This document shows, one piece after another, positions 1 to 8,940 of a DNA stretch of 64,000 bases (its first letter is position 1; the number at the start of each line of letters is the position of its first letter). The translations under genes were made by a program, and so were the position numbers. The notes beneath the pieces are model-generated. The model saw nothing but the letters and a program-made list of their open reading frames with translations, was not told where the DNA came from and did no database searches. Location of the stretch: contig JBFWWG010000001.1 in NCBI GenBank assembly GCA_050246315.1, positions 1 to 64,000 of the forward strand. Reading direction: 5' to 3'. The DNA is from Nitrospiraceae bacterium (GTDB lineage Bacteria > Nitrospirota > Nitrospiria > Nitrospirales > Nitrospiraceae).

Positions 1-1
1 G

Positions 2-133
2 ATCCACGGGAAGCGGTTCGAGATGTACAACGACACCGTGCTGGGCTTCAACAAGTCGGGGAAGGAAGTGGCGCGGATCCAGGTCGAGGAGCCGATCTAC
101 GTCCGGCCCGCCGAGCGCGTCACCTGGCTGTAA
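2..133 (+). CDS. nxrB: Nitrite oxidoreductase beta subunit, C-terminal fragment (gene runs in from the window start)
   Basis: Frame 2 reads IHGKRFEMYNDTVLGFNKSGKEVARIQVEEPIYVRPAERVTWL*, which matches my recollection of the Nitrospira NxrB C-terminus. Strongly biased codon usage. Too short for the ORF track. Confidence 0.85.
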   Translation: MHGKRFEMYNDTVLGFNKSGKEVARIQVEEPIYVRPAERVTWL

Positions 134-241
134 GACCGCACGGGTGCTGTGCCGCCCGGTGTGCGTCATCCTGAGCGCACCGGGCTTCAGCCGCCTCGGC
201 AGGTGACCGGGCTGGACGTTCCCAGCCAGGTCCAGATGCGA

Positions 242-280
242 AGGGGCCGGGAGCCGCAGGCTCCCGGCCCCTCCCTTCTT
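242..280 (+). terminator. Intrinsic terminator-like hairpin after nxrB
   Basis: Perfect 14-bp stem aggggccgggagcc / ggctcccggcccct with a gca loop, followed by a pyrimidine tract (cccttctt). Confidence 0.7.
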
Positions 281-366
281 CCCTCGTACTGCATCATTAA
301 CAGACGAGCTTCTCGGTAGAGAGCGACCCAGCAACGACCCGTCGCCCACAACGGCTCGTCAATAGG

Positions 367-831
367 ATGGGACCCACACCGGCCATGACGGATCACGACG
401 CCGGACTGATACCCTCCGCCGAGGCGAGACAGAAACCGGATGCACCTGCCATCCCCCGACAGATCTTCTTCGTCGATGACAACGAAGTCTTGCTCTCCGC
501 GCTCACACGACGGTTCTCGGGACGAGTCCAACGGCTACGCGCCTTTTCATCGGGCGAACAACTGCTGGCAGCTCTCGCCCGAGAGACCCCGGACCTCATT
601 GTTCTGGATCTGAAGCTCCCCGGCTTAAGCGGACTCGATACTCTGAGAGAGATTCGTCGTGCGCTGCCCCATGTGCTTGTGATGATCCTCACGGCCTATG
701 GCACATCGGCCGATCTGGAGTGGGCCAGGACCTTGGGAGTATTCGACGTTGTGATCAAAAACGTCGGCCTGGAGAAGGACTTGGAGGAGGCGGTCACGCG
801 GGCCCTCCGTTCCCTCGATCCACAGTCGTGA
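367..831 (+). CDS. Stand-alone response regulator receiver (CheY-like) protein
   Basis: REC motifs FVDDN, DLIVLDLKLPG, ILTAYG. Start codon uncertain. Confidence 0.85.
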   Translation: MGPTPAMTDHDAGLIPSAEARQKPDAPAIPRQIFFVDDNEVLLSALTRRFSGRVQRLRAFSSGEQLLAALARETPDLIVLDLKLPGLSGLDTLREIRRALPHVLVMILTAYGTSADLEWARTLGVFDVVIKNVGLEKDLEEAVTRALRSLDPQS

Positions 832-1394
832 CTCCGCCGTCACCACGACGTCCTGGTGTCAGTCAAACACCCTATGTAACTCGTTGCATCAACCGGTCAC
901 TCCACACTCCCACTTGCACGCGGTGAGGATGAACCCGTGCTCCATTCCCTCCGAAGGCGACAAGGAGCGACACTCGCCATGACGACCGCGGCCAGCACTC
1001 AGGATCTTGAAGCCAGCCTCCCTCTGAAGTTCCACCAAGACTCCGAAGCCGGCGGACGCACTGCCCGAACGATTTCTATCCACGCTATTCCCGGACGAAA
1101 TGAGTACGATCGTCGGCGCAGGGGCTCTGGCTCGACCTATCCGGCAGCCCATCGCGATGCCATCCGTCTCATCCCAAAGCCGACACGAACTCCGACTGAT
1201 CACCCTTCACTTTCGATCCCCCTGCCTGACTCATTCCGCCACGAGACACGAGAGAGGGTGACCGGCAAGTACCTGGATCGTTTCCCGGAGCCGCCGGGCG
1301 CAGCACGCGAACTGAGCAAACCCTTGACGGCTTCCTCGCCCCTTCAGTACAGTGGGCTGATCTCAGAAGCCCACCCTCGCACAAGGACCTCAGA

Positions 1395-1721
1395 GTGAGC
1401 GCCGCCCAGCCGTCGATCCCGTTTGCCGCTCAAGCCGTCCCGTTTGATGAGTTCCTCGTCAAAGGCAAATTGCCCAATGGGTATCTGCCATCCGAATATG
1501 TCGCCCACCAGTTCGTCGAACGGCTGGTCCATTATTTACTGAGCGTGCCGGCGGAGAGTTACTCCATGTCCCAACTCGGCAAGCTCCTGGAGCAACTGGA
1601 TCCCCGCGCGCAAGTCTATTTCTTCAAGCGGCTCAAGGAGACCAGTCCTGACAGCCTTAAACACTTTGCACCCCTCTATTACGGTTTCATGAACGAGTTC
1701 CATTCCCTCCTCTTCACCTGA
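1395..1721 (+). CDS. Hypothetical protein (helical)
   Basis: 108-aa ORF with normal composition, RBS-like aagga, and upstream TTGACG-N18-TACAGT (1324-1353). Confidence 0.7.
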   Translation: MSAAQPSIPFAAQAVPFDEFLVKGKLPNGYLPSEYVAHQFVERLVHYLLSVPAESYSMSQLGKLLEQLDPRAQVYFFKRLKETSPDSLKHFAPLYYGFMNEFHSLLFT

Positions 1722-1808
1722 CCGGAGAATTTCTGCTTGTCCCGCGTGCTTTCTGATGTATAATGAACAAGATACAGTCGCACGATCTCTAGACGAAGGG
1801 ACTTCAGC

Positions 1809-2177
1809 ATGACACCTGCATTGCAACGGGCGGTCACCAGTTTTTATAACCTGATTTATGAGGCTCAGACCTTCGCCACCTCCATGACCCGTATCGACAC
1901 CGCCGATCAAGAGCATTATGGTGGTCGCATCGAGGGGCTCAATTGGGTGCTGGACCGTTGCCAGATCCTGGAAGACATGGACGCGAATCTCACCTCTTCT
2001 TCGCTTCAGCGCGTATTGGCAGAGGTCAAGTCGGACCTCGACCATGAGTTGTCGGTCCAGCGGCGGGAGAAGGGACGGCGCGCCGACGGTCGCGAGGAAG
2101 CGCTGAACTTCGTGGCCGATTACCTCACAAGCCTGATCACTGCAACCGAGATCGAATCCGCGAAGAACTCGGTGTAG
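1809..2177 (+). CDS. Hypothetical helical protein with internal duplication
   Basis: 122-aa ORF; upstream TTGTCC-N16-TATAAT (1737-1764); related motifs GRIEGLNWVLD and GREEALNFVAD. Confidence 0.75.
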   Translation: MTPALQRAVTSFYNLIYEAQTFATSMTRIDTADQEHYGGRIEGLNWVLDRCQILEDMDANLTSSSLQRVLAEVKSDLDHELSVQRREKGRRADGREEALNFVADYLTSLITATEIESAKNSV

Positions 2178-2271
2178 GAAATTCGACTCACGTCCTGACG
2201 GCCCCCGTCCTCCTGTCATTGAGAGTCCCCTCCTTGTCCTTGATGCTTCCGTCGGGGTAAGGTTGCACTCG

Positions 2272-2520
2272 ATGAACATGTCGATGGCGCGCGAATGGAT
2301 TATCTTTGCCCTCTGCCTCGGTGCGGGTGGGCATGTGGCGCTCGGCGTCATTCTCCATGAACCCTCGTGGTGGCCCTGGTCCAGCGCAGGATTTTCAGGA
2401 CTGCTGATCGGCCTGGCGATTTATGTCGTGGTGCAGATGTCGCGGATCGTGTGGCGGCTCAGACAGGATAGCCGGCGGGGGACGCTTGAGGACGAGGAGA
2501 ACGACTATCTGGCTCCTTAA
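2272..2520 (+). CDS. Small membrane protein (2 predicted TM helices)
   Basis: Two hydrophobic segments (WIIFALCLGAGGHVALGVIL; GFSGLLIGLAIYVVV) and an acidic tail. Confidence 0.65.
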   Translation: MNMSMAREWIIFALCLGAGGHVALGVILHEPSWWPWSSAGFSGLLIGLAIYVVVQMSRIVWRLRQDSRRGTLEDEENDYLAP

Positions 2521-2935
2521 TGCGTCTCACGGCTACCGCCGACGAGAGGAGCAGATCGTTGAAAGGCCATTCGAATCCACGTGGAAGGCGGAATAACCAG
2601 CAGGCAAGATAAGCACCGATCGACAGATGCCCCAAAATCCCAGCCAGCTCACTCGTCCGACCCCGTCGCGCCGAACTTCGCCTTTCCAGATACGCGACCG
2701 CAGGACGCGAAAAGACGAAGCGTGCTCGGGGTACCCATCGCACGTTCTTATGCAACAGGTCAACCCTTTGAACCCCTCGCGTAAACACCCATTCCATCAT
2801 GAAGCCACCCCAATGGGTGTCCCGGCAGAGCGGGCCGACGTTTACGTCCGGCTGCTGGTCGCATGTCCTCTATAACCCGAATGCCTCGACACCACACTTG
2901 ACCTCGTCCGAATCGGCCTCCTACACTCGTCACTG

Positions 2936-3223
2936 ATGAACCACGGATCGCCGCCAAAACGCTCGCCCGGGTGGCCGACAAGTCCTCCACCCCATCGTCC
3001 ACAAGCAGCAGCACGGTCTCGGCAAGGCGAGAATCAATTTGGCTCATTTCAGGCCTCATTGCTCTACTGCCCTCGCTGCCGTGAGGCTACCCCGACACGG
3101 CAGCGGCTCCTTCTCGTCCTTCCAACAGGAAACCTCTACGAGTATCTCTGCCTCCACTGCGGCACCTCCACGGGAAGCAAAACAGAACGAAACGAACAAG
3201 AAGTTCGGATCTTGCGTCCCTAG
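2936..3223 (+). CDS. Small zinc-ribbon protein
   Basis: CPRC...CLHC pairs in FQASLLYCPRCREATPTRQRLLLVLPTGNLYEYLCLHCGTSTGSK. Its TAG stop lies in the CTAG of a MITE end. Confidence 0.7.
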   Translation: MNHGSPPKRSPGWPTSPPPHRPQAAARSRQGENQFGSFQASLLYCPRCREATPTRQRLLLVLPTGNLYEYLCLHCGTSTGSKTERNEQEVRILRP

Positions 3224-3239
3224 CCCGCATTATTCATGT
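3220..3239. mobile_element. Isolated end of MITE family A
   Basis: ctagcccgcattattcatg is identical to the left end of the element at 58571. Confidence 0.7.
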
Positions 3240-3452
3240 GGCTCAACGCAGATTTGTGTTGGAACATTCTGCTCATTTCTTGGGCAAGAAGGCCGTGAGA
3301 ATCTTGAGTCGCAGATACTCCTCATCCCGATAACCATAGACGCGCCGTTGAATCACGCGGATCTTGTGATTCAGCCCTTCCACAAAGCCGAGTTGACCTT
3401 GTTGCGGGGGTCGCACGTTGCCACGATGCCGATCACAGTGCTCTTCGATCAG
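3240..3452 (-). pseudogene. ISL3-family transposase C-terminal remnant with terminal repeat
   Basis: Minus strand reads LGFVEGLNHKIRVIQRRVYGYRDEEYLRLKILTAFLPKK* (stop 3273-3275), the typical ISL3 C-terminus. Frameshifted upstream. End sequence ggctcaacgcagattt at 3240. Confidence 0.8.
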
Positions 3453-3454
3453 GA

Positions 3455-3597
3455 CGGCGAGACGAGGCGCCGCAGCCTCGGAAACAATGGCACCGTATTC
3501 GCTGAACTACATTGACGCTTCATTCGGACCGAGAACGACGCAGATGGAGGCAGATCGTTCGTCGCCGCAGAAAGGTCGCTGACGGACAGGCTCCTAG
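3455..3597. mobile_element. Partial MITE family C (right part)
   Basis: ccgagaacgacgcagatggaggcagatcgttcgtcgccgcagaaaggtcgctgacggacaggctcctag aligns with 56699-56767. Confidence 0.75.
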
Positions 3598-3747
3598 TCA
3601 ACACGCAAGCGATACGCTACCTCCTTACCGCGATCGGCGCAGCAAGAAGCAGTCTGCTCCGTGATCAGGCGGGGCTGCGGGTCGCAACGGGAGCGCAGGA
3701 GCACGGAACCGTCACACGACCATCAAGGTGAGTCGAAGGGGGCGAGG

Positions 3748-4017
3748 TCACAGGTAGGGCTCAAGAGGGATGCCTTCGTCAATGAGCATGACGGGAATAT
3801 CATCTCGGACCGGGTACAGAATCTTCCGGTCCGCTCGAATCAACCCACCGTCCAACTTCTCCTTCACCGGCTGATTGCCCTTGTTGCGAAGATCTCCTCG
3901 GCCCACGTGATCGTTCAACTTTTCAATCAGCGGCTCGTCAGCCAGATGGACATCCTGTTTAGTCTCTGGGCAACACAAAATCGCCAGGAGATCTTTGTCG
4001 AGATTAACTTTTCCCAT
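3748..4017 (-). CDS. Trm112/YcaR-family protein
   Basis: LLAILCCPETK...YPVRDDIPVMLIDE; start at MGKVNLD after an aggag RBS. Confidence 0.9.
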   Translation of the reverse strand: MGKVNLDKDLLAILCCPETKQDVHLADEPLIEKLNDHVGRGDLRNKGNQPVKEKLDGGLIRADRKILYPVRDDIPVMLIDEGIPLEPYL

Positions 4018-4241
4018 GTTCGGCTCCTCTCGCCATGCAGAAAACAACAAAGGGTAAAATATCGTCCCCGCAAATATCAAGCGGACAAACAGTGCGGTCC
4101 GGCACGAGACGATGTGCGGGCCCACGCGATAGGCGCCAACTGCACAATCCCCTCCTGCCCCCTATCGTTCTCATGTACCTTATAGCTCACCCCAAGCCTT
4201 CCAGCGGAATCTGCCGATGGAATCTGCTAGACTCTGAATTC

Positions 4242-4465
4242 TCAGCCCACAGTATGCATGACGGTTCGTGACGTTTCACCCATTGCAGATTCAGAGCAGG
4301 GGGTGACCCACGCGGAGCCACGAGGGAGAAAGGCCTACTTGAAACAGTATGTCGCGCGACCGAGCGGCGAGCCGTCCCCCAGCATGCGCTCCGAGCGGCA
4401 TACTGCCTCGTCGCAGCGGCCTATCGGTGCTTGCAGTAAAGGTATTCATGAATCATGTGGGTTAG
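4242..4465. mobile_element. MITE family A copy (inverted relative to 58571)
   Basis: Imperfect TIRs tcagcccacagtatgcatga / tcatgaatcatgtgggttag. Internal blocks (atgacggttcgtgacg, cacgcggagccacgag, tgaaacagtatgtcgcg, tcgcagcggc) match the reverse complement of 58571-58787. Confidence 0.85.
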
Positions 4466-4481
4466 CCTGTCGGTGGATGCG

Positions 4482-5126
4482 ATGAACCCTATCTCTCGTC
4501 AATGGTGGCAGGCATGGTGGACGGGCCTCCTCGTGATGGTTCCAGCGACGGCCACATTGCTGATTCTGTCCAAGCTGTTCCACACACTCGACCACGTGAC
4601 CCGCGATCTGTTGAGCCCCAGCTTGACCGGGACCGCACCGGGAGTTGGTTTTGTGCTCCTGGTATTGCTGATCCTTCTGACCGGCCTGGTCACCTCCCAT
4701 TTTCTTGGCCAGCGCCTGGTCCAGTGGACCGAAGAGCGGGTCGGACGAATTCCGCTCGTCCGAACAATCTATCTGACCCTAAAAAGCATGACCGACCTCT
4801 TTCATTTTCGTTCGCGCTTCGGACAAAGCATGGTCGTCGTGTTTCCTTTTCCGCGAGAGGGGCTCTGGGCAATCGGCTTTGTCATGGGCGCCGCTCCGAC
4901 GGCCGTGCAGCGGACGACCGGCGAAAAGCTTGCCATGCTGTTCGTCCCAACCGCCATTCATCCGTTCACCGGCTACCTGGCGTTTGTTCCGACCCGGGCC
5001 ATCGTACCAATCAATTTGCCGGTCGACGAAGCCATGAAACTGGAATTCTCGGCGGGGCTGTATCGGCCGAGCGGAGCATGGCTGCGCTCACCCGCTTCCC
5101 CGGAACCACCCCTGCCTCTCCGATAG
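4482..5126 (+). CDS. DUF502-family membrane protein
   Basis: TGLLVMVP, RIPLVRTIY, FPREGLWAIGFV, FVPTAIHPFTGYL, EAMK motifs. Confidence 0.9.
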   Translation: MNPISRQWWQAWWTGLLVMVPATATLLILSKLFHTLDHVTRDLLSPSLTGTAPGVGFVLLVLLILLTGLVTSHFLGQRLVQWTEERVGRIPLVRTIYLTLKSMTDLFHFRSRFGQSMVVVFPFPREGLWAIGFVMGAAPTAVQRTTGEKLAMLFVPTAIHPFTGYLAFVPTRAIVPINLPVDEAMKLEFSAGLYRPSGAWLRSPASPEPPLPLR

Positions 5127-5130
5127 ACCG

Positions 5131-5637
5131 ATGACCCGGACCTTGCTCGTTCGTCCCGCCAAGCCCGATGATCTCAACCGGCTGATCGAGTTCAGCCTGG
5201 CCATGGCTCTGGAGACCGAGGGCCGCACATTGGAGCCCTCGCGTCTCCGCCAGGGCATCCTCAGTATCCTGATGGAACCGACCCGCGGCTTTTTGCGCGT
5301 TGCGGAAACACCGGACGGAAACGGAGCGCGAGTGGTCGGACAACTGATGGTCACCTATGAATGGAGCGACTGGCGTAACGCCACATTCTGGTGGATTCAA
5401 AGCGTATACGTGACGCCCGCATACCGCCGACAGGGCGTGTATCGCGCTCTCCACGATGCCATTCGACGCGAAGCGCGTGCGACGCCGGACGTTTGCGGCA
5501 TCCGGCTCTATGTGGAGGAGGCAAACCGGATCGCCCAGCAGGCCTATCGTCAGGCCGGTATGCGGGTCTCGAGCTATCTGGTCTACGAAGAGGATTTTAT
5601 CCTGTCTTCCCAAAAGCCGAAGAAGGAGCGGACATGA
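5131..5637 (+). CDS. GNAT-family N-acetyltransferase
   Basis: TYEWSDWRNATFWWIQSVYV..YRRQGVY acetyl-CoA motif; RLYVEEANRIAQQAY. Confidence 0.92.
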   Translation: MTRTLLVRPAKPDDLNRLIEFSLAMALETEGRTLEPSRLRQGILSILMEPTRGFLRVAETPDGNGARVVGQLMVTYEWSDWRNATFWWIQSVYVTPAYRRQGVYRALHDAIRREARATPDVCGIRLYVEEANRIAQQAYRQAGMRVSSYLVYEEDFILSSQKPKKERT

Positions 5638-6065
5638 ATCACATTCATTCCGAGGGCATCAATCCGGGCGGCATCCGGATATTGCTCTCCGGACTCGTAC
5701 TCGGGCTGCTCTGGTTCCAGTTCACGATGTCAGGTTGCGCGTTCATCAGGGGCAGTTACGGCGAGGACGTCAATCAGGGAGACCTCTCCTCCATCAAGAA
5801 AGGAGTCAGCTCTCGGGCCGACGTGGCCTCGGTACTGGGCGCGCCGGATCGCATCGTCGAAGCGAATGGCCGCGAGATTTTCCACTATTATCACTATGAC
5901 GTGAAGTCGGGATACATCCTGATTCTCTCGCGCACGAACATCAAGAGCGACGACATCTTTGTCATCTTCGATCACGCCGGCATCGTGGAAGATCTCGTGT
6001 CGGGGAAGAAAAAACCCCCGCTCGAATTCCAATTCTGGCCTTTCGACTGGCCATTCGGCTCCTGA
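5634..6065 (+). CDS. SmpA/OmlA (BamE-like) lipoprotein
   Basis: Lipobox MSGC; IKKGVSSRADVASVLGAPD...IFHYY...IFDHAGIV. ATGA overlap with the GNAT gene. Confidence 0.75.
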   Translation: MNHIHSEGINPGGIRILLSGLVLGLLWFQFTMSGCAFIRGSYGEDVNQGDLSSIKKGVSSRADVASVLGAPDRIVEANGREIFHYYHYDVKSGYILILSRTNIKSDDIFVIFDHAGIVEDLVSGKKKPPLEFQFWPFDWPFGS

Positions 6066-6077
6066 TTCAATCGCCCC

Positions 6078-6515
6078 ATGACCCGAGTGATCGTCAGCCT
6101 CCTCGGCACTCTCTTCCTGACAAGCCAGATTGGGTGCCTGCGCGGCCCAGTCGGCTGGCAGCGGGTCAGTCTGAACCAGCGCATTGCAGCAGAGGACGTG
6201 CGCTTCATTATCGACGGCCAGACCAGCCTGGCCGACGTGGTGGCCCAACTGGGCTCCCCGGACGAACTCCTTGGAGCCGGCGAGCATGTGCTCGCCCGTT
6301 ACCATTTCACCGACGGCAAGTACTTCCGGGCGAATTTCGGCTGGGGACTGAGGTTTCTCATTCCCTACTATTCCCCCGATCTCGTGCTGGGAGGAGGCGG
6401 GATCGGAACCGATATCTTCCAGGTTGCCTGCGACGCCCAATGGATTGTCCGCGAACATGCCTTTGCGACACATGCCAACTCATCAGAATTTCGTCTGTTT
6501 CCCTTCGGCGACTGA
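6078..6515 (+). CDS. Second SmpA/OmlA-like lipoprotein
   Basis: Lipobox-like QIGC; GQTSLADVVAQLGSPD motif. Confidence 0.7.
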   Translation: MTRVIVSLLGTLFLTSQIGCLRGPVGWQRVSLNQRIAAEDVRFIIDGQTSLADVVAQLGSPDELLGAGEHVLARYHFTDGKYFRANFGWGLRFLIPYYSPDLVLGGGGIGTDIFQVACDAQWIVREHAFATHANSSEFRLFPFGD

Positions 6516-6597
6516 CGTCGGCTCATAACCCCCGCCTGAGCGAGGCCGGACTCCGGCCTTCACCCACGGCGGGAATTGCTCGTGCCGCTCCTTGAGA

Positions 6598-6626
6598 TTG
6601 CCGCCGCGCAAGCCCCTCTCTATAAT
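6598..6626 (+). promoter_or_regulatory. sigma70-type promoter (candidate leaderless)
   Basis: TTGCCG-N17-TATAAT, 8 nt before the ATG at 6635, with no SD sequence. Confidence 0.6.
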
Positions 6627-6634
6627 GATGCTCC

Positions 6635-7543
6635 ATGACCGACCGGCTGCCCGACCCTATCGCCGAACGTTCCACGGGGTTTCCCAGAGAACCAATCGAG
6701 ACCGACCCCTCCGGCGTCTTGTCGGCCATTCTCCAATCGCCTTCCTATCGACGCACGGATCAGGATGTTGAGTTTCTCAACCGCGAGGATCTCCGAGCCC
6801 TGAGACTGCAGCTTGAGTACCTCAAACCGGAATTCATTCAGCGTGAGCAAGACATCCAATCGACGATCGTGGTGTTCGGGAGCGCACGCTTACCAGAACC
6901 GGCGGTGGCCCGCCAGCGTCTTGCTGAAGCGGAGGCCGCCTTGACCCGGCAGCCTGACGACCCGCTGCTCCGATCGAAGGTGGAGATGGCCAGACAGCAA
7001 TTGACGCTGTCGCCCTATTACGATCATGCCCGGGACTTCGCGCGCCTGGTCTCCTCCACCTGTCAGGTCGATGGGCAGTGCGAATATGTCATCGTCACAG
7101 GCGGCGGGCCCGGTGTGATGGAAGCCGCCAACCGCGGCGCGGCCGATGCGGGAGCCAAGTCGATCGGCTTCAACATCATGCTACCTCACGAGCAAACTCC
7201 CAATCCTTATATCACCCCTGAACTCTGCTTTCAGTTCCGCTACTTCGCCTTGCGTAAGATGCATTTCATGCTCCGAGCGCGCGCGCTCGTCGCCTTCCCT
7301 GGAGGCTTCGGCACACTCGATGAATTGTTCGAGGTTCTCACGCTCCTGCAAACGGGGAAGGCCCAAGACGCGACGGTCGTCTTGTTTGGCCGTGCATTCT
7401 GGGACCAGTTGATCAAGTGGCAACTGTTGGTCGATTGCGGACTCATCGGGCCTCAGGATCTGTCGCTGATCCGGTACGCCGAAACTGCGCAAGAAGCGTG
7501 GGACCTGATTCTCGCCCAGCCTCAACCGCAGGCCTCTGTCTAA
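6635..7543 (+). CDS. LOG-family (TIGR00730) nucleotide phosphoribohydrolase
   Basis: VVFGSAR, TGGGPGVMEAANRGA, RKMHF, FPGGFGTLDELFE. Confidence 0.93.
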   Translation: MTDRLPDPIAERSTGFPREPIETDPSGVLSAILQSPSYRRTDQDVEFLNREDLRALRLQLEYLKPEFIQREQDIQSTIVVFGSARLPEPAVARQRLAEAEAALTRQPDDPLLRSKVEMARQQLTLSPYYDHARDFARLVSSTCQVDGQCEYVIVTGGGPGVMEAANRGAADAGAKSIGFNIMLPHEQTPNPYITPELCFQFRYFALRKMHFMLRARALVAFPGGFGTLDELFEVLTLLQTGKAQDATVVLFGRAFWDQLIKWQLLVDCGLIGPQDLSLIRYAETAQEAWDLILAQPQPQASV

Positions 7544-8940
7544 TGAGAGTCTCCTTCTACGGAGCCGCCCGGTCCGTCACTGGGAGCCGCCACCTCGTGG
7601 AGGCGGGCGGCGCTCGGATTCTGCTGGACTGCGGCCTATTTCAGGGTCACCGGCAGGACACGGACATCCGCAATCATGATCTCGGCTTCGACCCGAGATC
7701 GATCGACGCCGTCCTGCTCTCCCACGCCCACATCGACCATTCCGGCGCCTTGCCGGTGCTGAGCAAGCAGGGATACAGGGGCCGCGTGTACGCGACGGAC
7801 GCCACCTGCGACCTGGCGAATCTCATGTTGCAAGATTCGGCCAAGGTGCAGGAACAGGATTGCGCTTATGTCAACCGGAAGGAACAGCGGCGCGGGCGCA
7901 GATGCCGGGCCCCCTATTACGATTCCGACAACGTGCGCGACATCGTCCGGCGGTTCTCCAGCCTCCCCTATCGGAACGAGGTCAAGATCGGCCGGCATCT
8001 TTCAGCCTCCTTCCACGATGCCGGACACATCCTGGGGTCCGGCGCCGTCCACCTCACGGTCCAGTACAAGGGCCTGCGATCGAGCCTCTTATTCTCCGGC
8101 GATCTGGGACGTCGCGGTATGCCGATCCTTCGCGATCCCGACCCTCCGCCCGCCTGCGACGTGCTCATCCTTGAGTCAACCTATGGGGATCGCCTCCACG
8201 AGCAGGACGCAGAAGAGCGCATCCGCATGGCGAAGGAACTCTTTGCTCACGCGATCGCGTATCGAAGCAAGATTATCGTGCCGGCCTTCGCCATCGGTCG
8301 CACACAGGATCTGGTCATGCGCATCAAGGATTTGGTCCGCGGCGGCACCGTCCCTCCGATTCCCATCTATATCGATTCCCCCTTGGCCTCCAAGGCCACA
8401 GACATCTTCCGCACCCACCCCGATCTGTTTGACGAGGAGACCTACCGCACCTTCCTCCAGGAAGACGACCTGTTCGGCGCAGGGAATATTCGATACGTCT
8501 CGACCCCCGAGGAGAGCAAAAAGCTGAACGCGGCGAAGGGGCCCTGCGTCATCATCGCCTCCTCCGGAATGTGCGAAGGCGGGCGGGTGCTCCACCATCT
8601 CAAACACGCGGTCGCCGACCCGGCGAACGTGATCGCCATCGTCGGCTTCCAGGCAGAGCACACCTTGGGACGCAAACTTGTCGAGCATTGGGATACGGTG
8701 CCTATCTTCGGCATCCCCACACCCCTGCGAGCCCGCGTCGTCGTCTTCAACGGCTTTTCTGCGCATGCAGATCGGAATGATCTCTTGGCCTATGTCCGGG
8801 CGATCACGCCGCCGCCCGGACACATTTTCGTCGTGCATGGAGAAGAAAAGCAGTCTCTGTCGCTGGCCGCGGCCATACAGGCCGAACATCACAAGGTGAC
8901 CGTGGCGGTGCCCAGACAGGGGGCCACCTATGAGCTGTAG
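7543..8940 (+). CDS. MBL-fold beta-CASP ribonuclease
   Basis: FYGAARSVTGS, SHAHIDHSG, DAGHILGS, FSGDLG, ESTYG, SSGMCEGGR, FSAHAD, VHGE. Confidence 0.93.
   Translation: MRVSFYGAARSVTGSRHLVEAGGARILLDCGLFQGHRQDTDIRNHDLGFDPRSIDAVLLSHAHIDHSGALPVLSKQGYRGRVYATDATCDLANLMLQDSAKVQEQDCAYVNRKEQRRGRRCRAPYYDSDNVRDIVRRFSSLPYRNEVKIGRHLSASFHDAGHILGSGAVHLTVQYKGLRSSLLFSGDLGRRGMPILRDPDPPPACDVLILESTYGDRLHEQDAEERIRMAKELFAHAIAYRSKIIVPAFAIGRTQDLVMRIKDLVRGGTVPPIPIYIDSPLASKATDIFRTHPDLFDEETYRTFLQEDDLFGAGNIRYVSTPEESKKLNAAKGPCVIIASSGMCEGGRVLHHLKHAVADPANVIAIVGFQAEHTLGRKLVEHWDTVPIFGIPTPLRARVVVFNGFSAHADRNDLLAYVRAITPPPGHIFVVHGEEKQSLSLAAAIQAEHHKVTVAVPRQGATYEL

Noticed and set aside
937..1398. 153-aa ORF on the plus strand
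   Set aside because: Arg/Pro/Ser-rich with no recognisable motif, and it runs through the apparent promoter of the next gene. Probably non-coding, though an RBS-like aaggag precedes the ATG at 979.
2459..2875. Overlapping short ORFs between the membrane-protein and zinc-ribbon genes
   Set aside because: No RBS, motif or consistent frame supports any of them.
4258..4485. ORFs inside MITEs (also 58587-58787, 56481-57024, 39116-39567)
   Set aside because: They coincide with non-coding repeat elements and have no protein-like features.
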